Source: Synechococcus elongatus PCC 6301 (lineage in GTDB: Bacteria > Cyanobacteriota > Cyanobacteriia > Synechococcales > Synechococcaceae). From it: a stretch of DNA of 32,000 nt. Position numbers and translations under genes: made by a program. The DNA lies in assembly GCF_000010065.1 (NCBI RefSeq), contig NC_006576.1:90001-122000 (forward strand). The letters are read 5' to 3'. Under the pieces are notes generated by a model. The model saw only the letters and a program-made list of their open reading frames with translations. It had not been told where the DNA came from and ran no database searches. Every line of letters begins with the position of its first letter. Position 1 is the first letter of the stretch. Positions 15,655 through 24,602 of this stretch are shown in pieces.

Positions 15655-16725
15655 GTGATCGTGACAGGCTCTCAGGTCAGGCAAGGTTTAAACACTTGGT
15701 TTGTGCTCCCGCTGCGTAGGACTGCGATCGGCCTGGGCTGCGCCGGAGTTGCAACGCTCTTCTCTGCCTGTGGTCAAACCCAGGCATTGATTACCAATCA
15801 GACCATTCAAGGATTTGTCGATCAGGTTGTCGTTCCTAGCTATGTCAGCGTTGCTGCTGGCGCAACTCAGCTGGAACAAGCCCTCCAAACCTATCAGCAG
15901 GCACCGACTGCTGCCAATTTGGAGGCGGCTCGACAAGCCTGGCGGGTCGCCCGCGATCGCTGGGAGCAGACTGAATGTTTTGCTTTTGGGCCAGCGGATA
16001 GCGAAGGGTTTGATGGGGCAATGGACACCTGGCCTATCGATCGCCAAGGCTTGAAAACTGCCGCAGCTCAGCCAGTGGAGCAACGGGAAGATAGCCGTAA
16101 GGGCTTCCACGCGATCGAGGAGTTGTTGTTTGCCGCAACGGAACCGACGCTGAGCGATCGCCAGCATCTTGTGATCTTGGCGACGGACCTTACCAAGCAA
16201 GCACAGGGGTTGGTCACCCGTTGGCAACAAGCGAGTGATCAGCCTGCCTATCGCTCAGTTTTGCTCAGCGCTGGCTCGACAGATTCGGCCTATCCCACCC
16301 TGAATGCTGCGGGAACCGAGATTGTTCAAGGCCTGGTTGATAGCCTCTCAGAGGTCGCCAGCGAAAAGATCGGCGGGCCACTCGAGACTCAAGAACCCGA
16401 TCGCTTTGAAAGTTTTGTTAGCCGCAATACTCTGTCTGACCTGCGCAACAACTGGACTGGCGCTTGGAATGTCTATCGCGGTCAGCGGTCTGATGGGGTC
16501 GCGGCAGGAAGTCTGCAACAGCGTTTACAGCAACAACATCCAGTGATCGCTCAGCAACTCGATCAGCAATTTGCAACTGCCCGCCAAGCCCTTTGGGCTA
16601 TTCCTGAACCGATTGAAACCAACCTTGCCAGCCCAAGAGGCAAAGTGGCTGTCCTCACGGCTCAAACTGCGATCGCAGCAGTCAGCGACACCCTAGAGCG
16701 TCAAGTTCTCCCGCTGGTTCAGTAG
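15655..16725 (+). CDS. irpA: Iron-regulated protein A, imelysin (peptidase M75-like) family lipoprotein
   Basis: 356-aa ORF with a GTG start. It has a lipobox-like LFSAC after a signal sequence. The sequence and length match my recollection of IrpA of Synechococcus PCC 7942 (356 aa). The imelysin-type helical repeat features ARQAWRVARDRWEQTECFAFGP and GFHAIEELLF are present. Confidence 0.85.
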   Translation: MIVTGSQVRQGLNTWFVLPLRRTAIGLGCAGVATLFSACGQTQALITNQTIQGFVDQVVVPSYVSVAAGATQLEQALQTYQQAPTAANLEAARQAWRVARDRWEQTECFAFGPADSEGFDGAMDTWPIDRQGLKTAAAQPVEQREDSRKGFHAIEELLFAATEPTLSDRQHLVILATDLTKQAQGLVTRWQQASDQPAYRSVLLSAGSTDSAYPTLNAAGTEIVQGLVDSLSEVASEKIGGPLETQEPDRFESFVSRNTLSDLRNNWTGAWNVYRGQRSDGVAAGSLQQRLQQQHPVIAQQLDQQFATARQALWAIPEPIETNLASPRGKVAVLTAQTAIAAVSDTLERQVLPLVQ

Positions 16726-16728
16726 CTG

Positions 16729-18088
16729 ATGACTCTCCCAGGGATTCCCCAACGACGCTGGATCAAACGCTCTCGACTGAGCTGGGCTGGACTCGGGTTA
16801 ATTCTGAGCCTCGTTCTGGGCTGGTGGTGGATGGCGCCAGAATCAGTTGCAGCAGGCGGTGCAACGACAATCCATAACCGTAGTGCCCGAGCCTACTCGC
16901 AACCCGCGCCAGGGCTGAATCCTCAGCAGGCTGCTGAACATCGACAGGGCGATCGTCGCTTTGCGGATGTCTTTATTCCAGCCCCAGCAACCTTCAACGC
17001 CGGACTTGGCCCCCATTTCAACAATCAGTCTTGTCTGGGGTGTCACATTCGCGATGGTCGGGGGCAGCCGCAAGCCGGACAACTTCTAGCCCGTCTCAGT
17101 TTGCCGCCAGACCGAGGGACACCAGAACAGCCCGGAGGGCGCCATTCCCGTTCCAGGGCTAGGGAGCCAACTGCAGGATCACAGCATTCCAGGAGTGCCG
17201 CCGCTCGGTAGTTTTCAGCTGACGTGGGAGGAAGTGTTTGGTCGCTACGCAGACGGTCGCTCCTACTCGCTGCGGCGGCCCCAGATTCAGCTGCTGGACG
17301 GCACAGGCAAAGCCCTCGATCCAAGCATTCAAGTCTCGCTTCGGTTGCCCCCGCCAGTATTTGGCCGGGGTCTCCTTGAAGCCGTGCCAGAGGAGGTTTT
17401 AGCCGCGATCGCAGATCCAGAGGATCGCAATCACGATGGCATTTCTGGTCGTCTCAATCAGGTTTGGGACATTGCGCAACAAAAACAGGCGATCGGGCGC
17501 TTTGGCTGGAAAGCGGGTCAGCCCACGCTCCAGCAGCAAAATGCAGCTGCCTATGCCCACGATATGGGTGTCAGCAATCCGCTATTTCCCGATGCTAATG
17601 GCCATCAGGATATCGATGCTCAAACCCTGACAGCCACGACCTTCTATACGCAAACCCTCGCCGTCCCGGCACCGTTGCGCATTGACGATCGCCAATTTCG
17701 ACAAGGGTTTGCCTTGTTCCAAGACGCTGGCTGTGCCGCTTGTCATCTCCCGAAACTGAAGACAGGCCGATCTGCGATCGCGGCACTCTCAGAACAGACC
17801 TTTGCCCCCTATACCGACCTCCTGCTGCACGATTTAGGCCCGGGTCTCGCTGATCAGCGACCTGAGTTTTTAGCTAACGGACAGGAATGGCGAACAGCAC
17901 CGCTCTGGGGACTGGGACTGAGCCAAACCGTCTTGCCCGGAGCAACGTATCTGCATGACGGCCGAGCCCGCACGATCGCGGAAGCGATTCTCTGGCACGG
18001 CGGTGAAGCTGAGTTAGCGCGCGAATGGTTCCGGACAGCCTCTGCCCGCGATCGCAAACGCCTAGAACGATTTCTCAAGCAACTCTGA
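16729..18088 (+). pseudogene. irpB: DUF1111 di-haem cytochrome c / thiol-oxidoreductase-like protein (irpB-like), interrupted by a frame change near 17135-17142
   Basis: ORF 16729..17211 has its ATG 3 nt (16726-16728) after the irpA stop codon and carries a TM/signal segment plus the first CxxCH (CLGCH, nt 17032-17046). ORF 17195..18088 is in the +1 frame, which is open from 17090. It carries PVPGLGSQLQD, the second CxxCH (CAACH, nt 17732-17746) and the family-typical C-terminus AILWHGGEA. Together they make one normal-length DUF1111 protein. Confidence 0.65.
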
Positions 18089-18218
18089 GCAGGCGATCGA
18101 CCCCAGTCCGGCAGCGGCCATATTCAACTCCCATTACTTAAAAATCTTGTTGTAGTGGTTTCTCCAGAGTTGAAAAGGCTGGGCTAAGGTAGGGGCAAGT
18201 TGCCTGAGGACTTAGGCG

Positions 18219-18476
18219 ATGTGTATTTGCATTCACTGTGCGTTGGTCGATCGGTGTCGGACCTACCATGAGGTTGAGACCCAACACCAACAGCAGCACC
18301 TCACCGATCAGCCAGATTTCGAGCCCAAGTCACCCACGATCAACGTCAACATTCGGATGGCGGATGACTCCCACGACCACATTGAGATGGAGTGGGATGT
18401 GGTGAGTTGCGAGAGTTTCGTTGCCGATCGCGGGCGTTGGGCGCGGCTGCGTCCGGGGGAATTGATTCCCACCTGA
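18219..18476 (+). CDS. ycf34: Ycf34, small Fe-S cluster protein
   Basis: 85-aa ORF beginning MCICIHCALVDRCRTYHEVE, the conserved Cys-rich N-terminus of cyanobacterial/plastid Ycf34. Confidence 0.85.
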   Translation: MCICIHCALVDRCRTYHEVETQHQQQHLTDQPDFEPKSPTINVNIRMADDSHDHIEMEWDVVSCESFVADRGRWARLRPGELIPT

Positions 18477-18584
18477 GCCACCGTTGAACAAACACTGAAG
18501 CTCAAGGCCGCACTCTGGCTAGCAGCGATCGCGACTGTCCTGCGATGATCGGAAAGGAAAAGACAGCGATCGCAGGGGAAAACA

Positions 18585-19205
18585 GTGCTGGGTCTGGCGA
18601 TTCATACTTCCACCCCCACCTTGGGGCTAGCGCTCAGTCAAGGAGCTGAGCTTCCGCTGGGGCAGACTTGGGAGGTTGGTCGCGATACAGCAGCGGTCCT
18701 ACTGCAGCACCTACAAGACTTTATTGCTCCGCATCGTTGGACAGATTTAGACTTTCTAGCTGTTGCCTATGGGCCGGGCGGCTTTACGGGAACGCGAATT
18801 GGCGTTGTCACAGCCCGCACCTTGGCTCAACAATTAGAAATCCCTCTCTTTGGCCTCTCAACCTTGGCGGGGTTGGCTGCCGCCCAATGGCGACAAACAG
18901 GGCAGAACCAAGCGATTGCCGTGTCGATGGATGCCCAGCGGGGTCAGTTGATTGGCGCACTGTATGGCTGTCAGGATGGCATTCCCGTTGCCCTAGAAGC
19001 AGAGCAGGTCTACGAACCAGTGGCCTGGACTGAGCGATTGGCCAGTTGGGGACAGGAAGATTGCCGAGCAGATGCCGCGATCGCAACCACGGTGACGGAT
19101 CTCCTCGCGATCGCAGAACGCCAGTGGCAACGGGGCGATCGCCCTGATTGGTCTTCTGCTTTGCCCTACTACGGCCAGCATCCAGTAACCATCACGGCAG
19201 GCTAG
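18585..19205 (+). CDS. tsaB: tRNA N6-threonylcarbamoyladenosine (t6A) biosynthesis protein TsaB (YeaZ, M22 glycoprotease family)
   Basis: 206-aa ORF with a GTG start. LGLAIHTSTPTLGLAL and AVAYGPGGFTGTRIGVVTARTLA are the diagnostic ASKHA-fold TsaB motifs. Confidence 0.85.
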   Translation: MLGLAIHTSTPTLGLALSQGAELPLGQTWEVGRDTAAVLLQHLQDFIAPHRWTDLDFLAVAYGPGGFTGTRIGVVTARTLAQQLEIPLFGLSTLAGLAAAQWRQTGQNQAIAVSMDAQRGQLIGALYGCQDGIPVALEAEQVYEPVAWTERLASWGQEDCRADAAIATTVTDLLAIAERQWQRGDRPDWSSALPYYGQHPVTITAG

Positions 19206-19268
19206 GCTGTCGAAGACTGTGTAGCAGTGCTAAGGTACAGCCGTTTCTGCTTTGCGTCTGACAAGCTC

Positions 19269-19835
19269 ATGCATCGTCTGATACCGATCACCCTTTTGCT
19301 CAGCCTAGGTGTGGTCTGGGGACTCAACCGAGTTGCTGTCGCCCAGCGATCGCCCCAGGCGATCTTTGTTTTGGGTGGCGATCCGCAGCGGGAGCAATTT
19401 GCAGCTGAGCTGGCCCAAACTCACCCCGATCTACCGATTTGGGTGTCCTCGGGCTCCAATCCTGAATATGCCGAATGGGTGTTTGGTCAAGCAGGCGTCC
19501 CTCGGTCACGCCTACATTTGGACTACCAGGCCACCGACACCCTCAGCAACTTCACCAGCTTGGCCGATCGCTTTCAGCAGCAGGGCATCCAGCACGTCTA
19601 CCTCGTGACCTCGGACTATCACATGCGCCGCGCTTTAGTGATCGCCAATATTGTCTTTGCTAGCCGGGGCATCACGTTTGAGCCAGTTCCTGTCCCCTTC
19701 GACAGGGCTTCCGAGTCTTGGCGCAAAGCCATCCGCGATGGGGGACGGGCGATTATTTGGGTGCTACTTGGCCCCGAAGCAGAACTCTGGCTCAGCAAGG
19801 CTTGGCCGCAAGTGCTAGCGACCCAGACTGTGTAA
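19269..19835 (+). CDS. DUF218 (YdcF/ElyC/SanA-like) domain protein
   Basis: From ATG 19269 the translation is MHRLIPITLLLSLGVVWGL (TM/signal), followed by IFVLGGD and VTSDYHMRRA, the two signature DUF218 motifs. The track ORF starts 14 codons earlier at a GTG. The 3' end overlaps the convergent plsC by 21 nt. Confidence 0.75.
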   Translation: MHRLIPITLLLSLGVVWGLNRVAVAQRSPQAIFVLGGDPQREQFAAELAQTHPDLPIWVSSGSNPEYAEWVFGQAGVPRSRLHLDYQATDTLSNFTSLADRFQQQGIQHVYLVTSDYHMRRALVIANIVFASRGITFEPVPVPFDRASESWRKAIRDGGRAIIWVLLGPEAELWLSKAWPQVLATQTV

Positions 19836-20492
19836 ATGGTTAATCGCGGCGGCACAGCTCAAGGTAACCCGCTCCAGTTCCGCGCGATCGCCTGATTGGG
19901 GCGGTGCGATCGGCTCGCCAATGCGAATCGTCAGCGGCACGGGGCGCGGTAAAAAGGAGCCTCGTTGGAGAATGCGCTCGGTTCCCCAGAGACTGACCGG
20001 CAAGAGCGGTGCCCCCGTTTTGAGCGCTACCAGCGCTGCCCCCAGCTTGGGCTGGTGAATGCGAGCATCGCGAGTGCGTGTCCCTTCCAGAAAGACACCG
20101 GTTGCCCAGCCGGATTCCACTGCCGCGATCGCCGCTTGTAGGGCCTTGCGATCGCTGCTGCCCCGCCGGACTGGATAGGCACCGTAGAGACGGATCGCCT
20201 GCGCTAAGACAGGAACGCGAAACAGCTCCTCTTTTGCCATGAAAGCGACGGGTCGCCGCACACAGTTGGAGACAATCGGCGGGTCGAAATCGCTGGCATG
20301 GTTACTGACCACAATCAGCGGCCCCGATCGCGGGACATTACCCGCCCCGTAAATCCGTCCCCGGAAGTAGAGGTGCAGCATGGGGCTGACCACCGACCAC
20401 TTGAACAGGTGGTAGAGCAGCAGCGAGTTGAAGGGTTCGCGATCGCGGCGAGCCAGAAGATTAGACCGTGAGGTCTGCTGCTGTTCCAACAT
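19815..20492 (-). CDS. plsC: 1-acyl-sn-glycerol-3-phosphate acyltransferase
   Basis: 225-aa ORF with the acyltransferase H-x4-D box (VSNHASDFDPP), plus FMAKEELF and FLEGTRT motifs. Its start overlaps the fabD 3' end by 32 nt. Confidence 0.85.
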   Translation of the reverse strand: MLEQQQTSRSNLLARRDREPFNSLLLYHLFKWSVVSPMLHLYFRGRIYGAGNVPRSGPLIVVSNHASDFDPPIVSNCVRRPVAFMAKEELFRVPVLAQAIRLYGAYPVRRGSSDRKALQAAIAAVESGWATGVFLEGTRTRDARIHQPKLGAALVALKTGAPLLPVSLWGTERILQRGSFLPRPVPLTIRIGEPIAPPQSGDRAELERVTLSCAAAINHLHSLGR

Positions 20493-21342
20493 TGCGCAAT
20501 CCGATTGCAGGACAAGTCCGTTTCATCAAGCCCGTCAGGACCTTACCGGGACCAACTTCAACCAGTTCTTCAACGCCCAGGGCTTCGATTGCCAGACAGG
20601 TTTCGCGCCAGCGCACCGAGCCTGTCATCTGTTGCAACAGGTTTTGCTTGAGCACAGCAGCATCGGTGCTAGGAGTCGCGCTGACATTTGAAAGCACAGG
20701 GACCTGCGCATCCTGAAAATCCACTGCTGCCAGGGTGGCCGCAAACGTCGTTGCCGCCTCAGCCATAAACGGCGAGTGGAATGCCCCGGAGACTGTCAGG
20801 GGGACAGCCCGTTTACTCTTGACGGCTGCCAAGATCGCGTCGACCGCTGCTGGAGTTCCAGAAATCACAACTTGGGCGGCGCTATTGTCATTGGCGAGCA
20901 CTACGCCTTCGGTGTTGGCGATCGCTGCCGCTAGTGCCTCAGCATCAAAGCCAATTAGAGCGGCCATCTTGCCACCGGAAGCGGCCTGCATCAGTTCTGC
21001 CCGTTTCTGAACCAGTTGCAGCCCCGTCGCGAAGTTAAAGACACCTGCGGTGTAGAGGGCTGAATATTCGCCAAGGCTGTGGCCAGCGACAGCATCAGGC
21101 TGCTCACCCTGTTGCTTCAAGCGATCACTCAGAATCGCCTCCAGCACGTAGAGACAGGGCTGCGTGTTAATCGTCTGCGACAGCGTTTCTAAATCGGCTT
21201 GGCAGCGCTCCAGCACCGACCATCCGAGAAGCGCCTCAGCTTCGGCCAAACGCTGTTGAGCTTCTGGCCAATCCTGCAGGTCAACGCCCATTCCCGTTGC
21301 CTGAGATCCTTGCCCCGGAAACACCCACACCGTTTTAGCCAT
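20461..21342 (-). CDS. fabD: Malonyl-CoA:ACP transacylase
   Basis: 293-aa ORF with VFPGQGSQATGMG and the active-site GHSLGEYSAL motif. Confidence 0.95.
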   Translation of the reverse strand: MAKTVWVFPGQGSQATGMGVDLQDWPEAQQRLAEAEALLGWSVLERCQADLETLSQTINTQPCLYVLEAILSDRLKQQGEQPDAVAGHSLGEYSALYTAGVFNFATGLQLVQKRAELMQAASGGKMAALIGFDAEALAAAIANTEGVVLANDNSAAQVVISGTPAAVDAILAAVKSKRAVPLTVSGAFHSPFMAEAATTFAATLAAVDFQDAQVPVLSNVSATPSTDAAVLKQNLLQQMTGSVRWRETCLAIEALGVEELVEVGPGKVLTGLMKRTCPAIGLRNVGTAADLTV

Positions 21343-21395
21343 AGCGATCGCTCAACTCCTCTCTGTCTCAACGTCTATTTGCTGGCAATCCGTGG

Positions 21396-22403
21396 CTAAA
21401 CCACCGTGCCCCAACGGAACAGCGCTGCGCCCCAGCTCAACCCTGCTCCAAACCCTGAAGCAGCGATTAAGTCGCCCGATTGAATCTTCCCAGCTTTGAC
21501 GGCCTCATCCAAAACCAAGGGGATCGTGGCGGAGGAGGTATTGCCGTAGTTCACCAAGTTGCTAAGTACGCGATCACGGGAAATATCAAGGCGATCGGCG
21601 ACTGCATCGAGAATGCGTTGGTTGGCCTGGTGTAGCAGTAACCAATCGACTTCTTGGCGATCGATCCCGGCGTGGAACAGCGTCTTCTCGAGGATCTCGG
21701 GAACCCGCTTCACCGCAAAACGATAGACCTCTTGGCCATTCATTGCTACCGGCTGATAAGTGCCCTGAGCAATCTCAATATCCGAGAGCAGCGACTGGTT
21801 ATCAGCTTGATAAGCCAGGGTCAAACAGCCGTTGAGGCTGCCATCACTGCGCATTTCAAAGCCGAGCAGTTGATCAATCTCGCTGGCCTGCAGAACAACG
21901 GCCCCGGCGCCATCCCCAAACAGCACACAGGTGCGGCGATCGCTCCAGTCTGTCCAGCGCGACAGCACATCCGCCCCAATCACCAAAACGGTGCGGTAGG
22001 CTCCACTGCGGATAAACTGAGCGCCGGTTACGAGGGCAAACAAGAAGCCGGAACAAGCAGCGGTCAGGTCAAAGGCTACGGCTTGGGTCGCGCCCAAGGC
22101 GGCTTGCACTTGGCAGGCACTGCCGAACAGATCGTCGGGGGTTGACGTCGCCAGCAAAATCAAATCAACCGATGTCGCTTCTAGCCCTGCAGCTTCGAGA
22201 GCTGACTGACCTGCCGCCGCCGCCAAGGAAGAGAGACTTTCAATTTGAGGCTGTGCGACTCGGCGCTGACCAATCCCAGTCCGGCTTCGGATCCATTCAT
22301 CCGAGGTTTCAACCAACTGGGAGAGTTGGTCATTACTGAGGGTTGTAGAAGGAACAGCGGACCCACTGCCAGTGATTGCAACGCCAACGCCAGGTCGAGT
22401 CAA
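21396..22403 (-). CDS. fabH: 3-oxoacyl-ACP synthase III
   Basis: 335-aa ORF with an apparent TTG start. The active-site region is AACSGFLFAL, with HQANQRIL and GNTSSATIPL (Cys-His-Asn triad contexts). Confidence 0.95.
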   Translation of the reverse strand: MTRPGVGVAITGSGSAVPSTTLSNDQLSQLVETSDEWIRSRTGIGQRRVAQPQIESLSSLAAAAGQSALEAAGLEATSVDLILLATSTPDDLFGSACQVQAALGATQAVAFDLTAACSGFLFALVTGAQFIRSGAYRTVLVIGADVLSRWTDWSDRRTCVLFGDGAGAVVLQASEIDQLLGFEMRSDGSLNGCLTLAYQADNQSLLSDIEIAQGTYQPVAMNGQEVYRFAVKRVPEILEKTLFHAGIDRQEVDWLLLHQANQRILDAVADRLDISRDRVLSNLVNYGNTSSATIPLVLDEAVKAGKIQSGDLIAASGFGAGLSWGAALFRWGTVV

Positions 22404-22472
22404 ATTAACACTCCGTCACATGCCGGAGTCTTCAGTAAATCACAAGAGAGGGGACGATCGAACAGCGATCGC

Positions 22473-23513
22473 CTAGCTCACCACTGGCTCAGTCACCAGG
22501 TCAGCTGCTGGAGAAGGCGGCTCTTGAATCTGGTGGAGATGGTCAATGACGCGGTTTTCAGCAGCTTCGACGGCCAAGCGAATGGCGCTGTAAATCGAGG
22601 GTGCCTTGGAGCTGCCATGGCTAATGATGCAAATGCCGTTCACACCCAAAAGCAGCGCCCCCCCATGCTCAGCATGGTCAAGCCGCTGTTTAATTCGGCG
22701 CAGGTTGCGGCGCAGCAGAGTCGATCCCACTTTGCCCCGCATGCCACGTGGCAGTTCGTCGCGAATAATTTCGAGGAAAACGCTGCCAACCGCTTCGGCA
22801 AATTTCAACAAGACGTTGCCGACAAAACCATCGCAGACCACCACATCAAACTGGCCTGAGAGCACATCGCGCCCCTCGGCATTGCCGACAAAGCAAATGC
22901 GCGGGTTGTTGCGCAGCAGCTGGTGGCTAGCGAGGGCAAGCTCGTTGCCCTTGGAATCTTCTTCGCCGATGTTGACCAAGCCGACCCGCGGGTTCGCTTG
23001 CCCCAAGACATCGCGGCTGTAGATTGAGCCCATGACTGCAAACTGCTCGAGAAAGCGGGGCTTGCAATCGACGTTAGCGCCGACATCCAAGACCAGCACG
23101 GGTTTGCCTGGGATTACCGTTGGTAGCAAGGCACCGATCGCGGGGCGATCAATTCCACGAATCCGCCCCAACCGCAGCAGCGCAGAGGCCATGACAGCGC
23201 CAGAATGCCCTGCAGAAATCACGGCATCCGCTTCGCCCGCCTTGACCAGATCCATGGCGACGTTGATCGAAGCACGGGGACGGCTGCGCACCGACACCGC
23301 CGCGTCTTCCATCGCGATCGCTTCTTCAGCAGCCTCAATCCGCACCTGTAGATGGGGCGCATGATCTTGGCAAATCGCCCGCAGACGATCGGGATCGCCC
23401 ACTAAAATCACATCGGCCTGGAGTTCTTCTTGGGCGCGCAAAGCCCCTTTCACAATTTCCTCGGGGGCGAAATCGCCGCCCATTGCGTCCACCGCGATCC
23501 GCGCACGCGTCAT
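22473..23513 (-). CDS. plsX: Phosphate acyltransferase PlsX
   Basis: From the internal ATG (23513-23511) the translation is MTRARIAVDAMGGDFAPEEIVKGAL, the canonical PlsX N-terminus. The 29 upstream codons of the track ORF are probably untranslated. Confidence 0.9.
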   Translation of the reverse strand: MTRARIAVDAMGGDFAPEEIVKGALRAQEELQADVILVGDPDRLRAICQDHAPHLQVRIEAAEEAIAMEDAAVSVRSRPRASINVAMDLVKAGEADAVISAGHSGAVMASALLRLGRIRGIDRPAIGALLPTVIPGKPVLVLDVGANVDCKPRFLEQFAVMGSIYSRDVLGQANPRVGLVNIGEEDSKGNELALASHQLLRNNPRICFVGNAEGRDVLSGQFDVVVCDGFVGNVLLKFAEAVGSVFLEIIRDELPRGMRGKVGSTLLRRNLRRIKQRLDHAEHGGALLLGVNGICIISHGSSKAPSIYSAIRLAVEAAENRVIDHLHQIQEPPSPAADLVTEPVVS

Positions 23514-23663
23514 CGGCTTACGTCCCTGAATCTCACCGGATTTTATCAGACCCTTTGTCTGCGCCTGAATCACAAGAATAACGGGGATCGATGGCTGCAC
23601 TCGACGAAGCAGCGCCCCATCCCCTGACTATGAGCGCGACGATCGCTGCCGGCGCTGGCTGCT

Positions 23664-24398
23664 CTAACGCCCTTCTTCGCCCGGTTCAACGATGCGTTGG
23701 AAGAGGTAGCCGGTTCCTCGGGCCGTCAGAATGAGCTCAGGGTTGCCCGGATCGTCTTCCAATTTGGCGCGCAGCCGCGAGATGTGGACATCGACTACGC
23801 GGGTATCGACGTGGCGCTCGGGGGTATAGCCCCAGACCTCTTGCAGGATTTCGGCGCGGCTAAAAGGTTCACCGGAGCGGCTGACCAGCAGTTCCAACAA
23901 ACTGAACTCCATGCCCGTCAGACGGATGCGCTCATCGCCTTTGTAGACTTGGCGCTTATTGGTGTCGATGCGGATGCTGTTGATCTGGATGACGCCCGAA
24001 CTGGGGATGCCATTAGCACCGCTTTTTTCGACCCGACGCAGCACCGAGCGGACTCGCGCTTTTAGTTCCTTAGGCGAGAAGGGTTTGACGACGTAGTCAT
24101 CAGCTCCCAACTCAAGCCCCGTAATGCGATCGGCCACATCGCCCAAGGCTGTCAGCATGATGATCGGAACGTCCGACTCTTTGCGCAGCTCTTGGCAAAC
24201 GCCATAGCCATCGAGCTTGGGCATCATCACATCGAGCACCACGAGATCCGGCGTAGCATTGCGGAAGGTGATGAGGGCTTCTTCGCCGTCGGCTGCGGTG
24301 ACAACTTCGTAACCAATCATCGCCAACCGAGTTTCAAGAATCCGCCGGATGCTCGCTTCATCGTCGACAACGAGGATTTTTTCCTTGCGATTTTCCAA
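23664..24398 (-). CDS. rpaB: OmpR-family response regulator RpaB (Ycf27-type)
   Basis: 244-aa ORF with a TTG start. The receiver domain reads KILVVDDEASIRRILETRL ... DLVVLDVMMPKLDG ... DDYVVKPFSPKEL, followed by a winged-helix output domain. The sequence matches my recollection of S. elongatus RpaB. Confidence 0.85.
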   Translation of the reverse strand: MENRKEKILVVDDEASIRRILETRLAMIGYEVVTAADGEEALITFRNATPDLVVLDVMMPKLDGYGVCQELRKESDVPIIMLTALGDVADRITGLELGADDYVVKPFSPKELKARVRSVLRRVEKSGANGIPSSGVIQINSIRIDTNKRQVYKGDERIRLTGMEFSLLELLVSRSGEPFSRAEILQEVWGYTPERHVDTRVVDVHISRLRAKLEDDPGNPELILTARGTGYLFQRIVEPGEEGR

Positions 24399-24582
24399 GA
24401 TTGGCCTCTCTCAAAGGTCGTCGGTTGACTCAGATTCGCCAAAAGCGAATGGCGCAGCAAAATGACAGTGAACCTGCAAATCAATAACAGGATAATCGTA
24501 TTTCTTATCGTTTCGTCATCGTCAGAAAGGTTACCGTCATTGACTTTAAGCAATCCGTTACAACACAAAAAATTGTCAAAAT

Positions 24583-24600
24583 TATTTAAAGGTTTGTAAC
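24583..24600 (-). promoter_or_regulatory. HLR1-like direct repeat (candidate RpaB binding site) in the rpaB/radA intergenic region
   Basis: The reverse strand reads GTTACAAAccTTTAAATA. The first half is a perfect (G/T)TTACA(A/T)(A/T) unit. After a 2-nt spacer, the second half has 2 mismatches to TTTACAAA. The site is about 185 nt upstream of the rpaB start and abuts the radA ATG. Confidence 0.2.
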
Positions 24601-24602
24601 GA

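Noticed and set aside
15688-16230. Long antisense or alternative-frame ORFs inside well-supported genes, for example 15688..16230(-), 27615..28187(-), 22245..22859(+), 21654..22145(+), 23697..24065(+) and 29520..29912(+)
   Set aside because: Each lies entirely within a gene whose product has strong family motifs (irpA, lpxD, fabH/plsX, rpaB, icfA). G+C-rich DNA with HIP1 palindromes generates long open antisense frames by chance, and their translations are Arg/Ser/Pro-rich and motif-free.
17125-17150. Programmed ribosomal frameshifting as the explanation for the split DUF1111 gene
   Set aside because: There is no slippery heptamer (X XXY YYZ) and no obvious downstream stimulatory hairpin or pseudoknot at the junction. 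A simple 1-nt indel in a G/C-rich run is more parsimonious.
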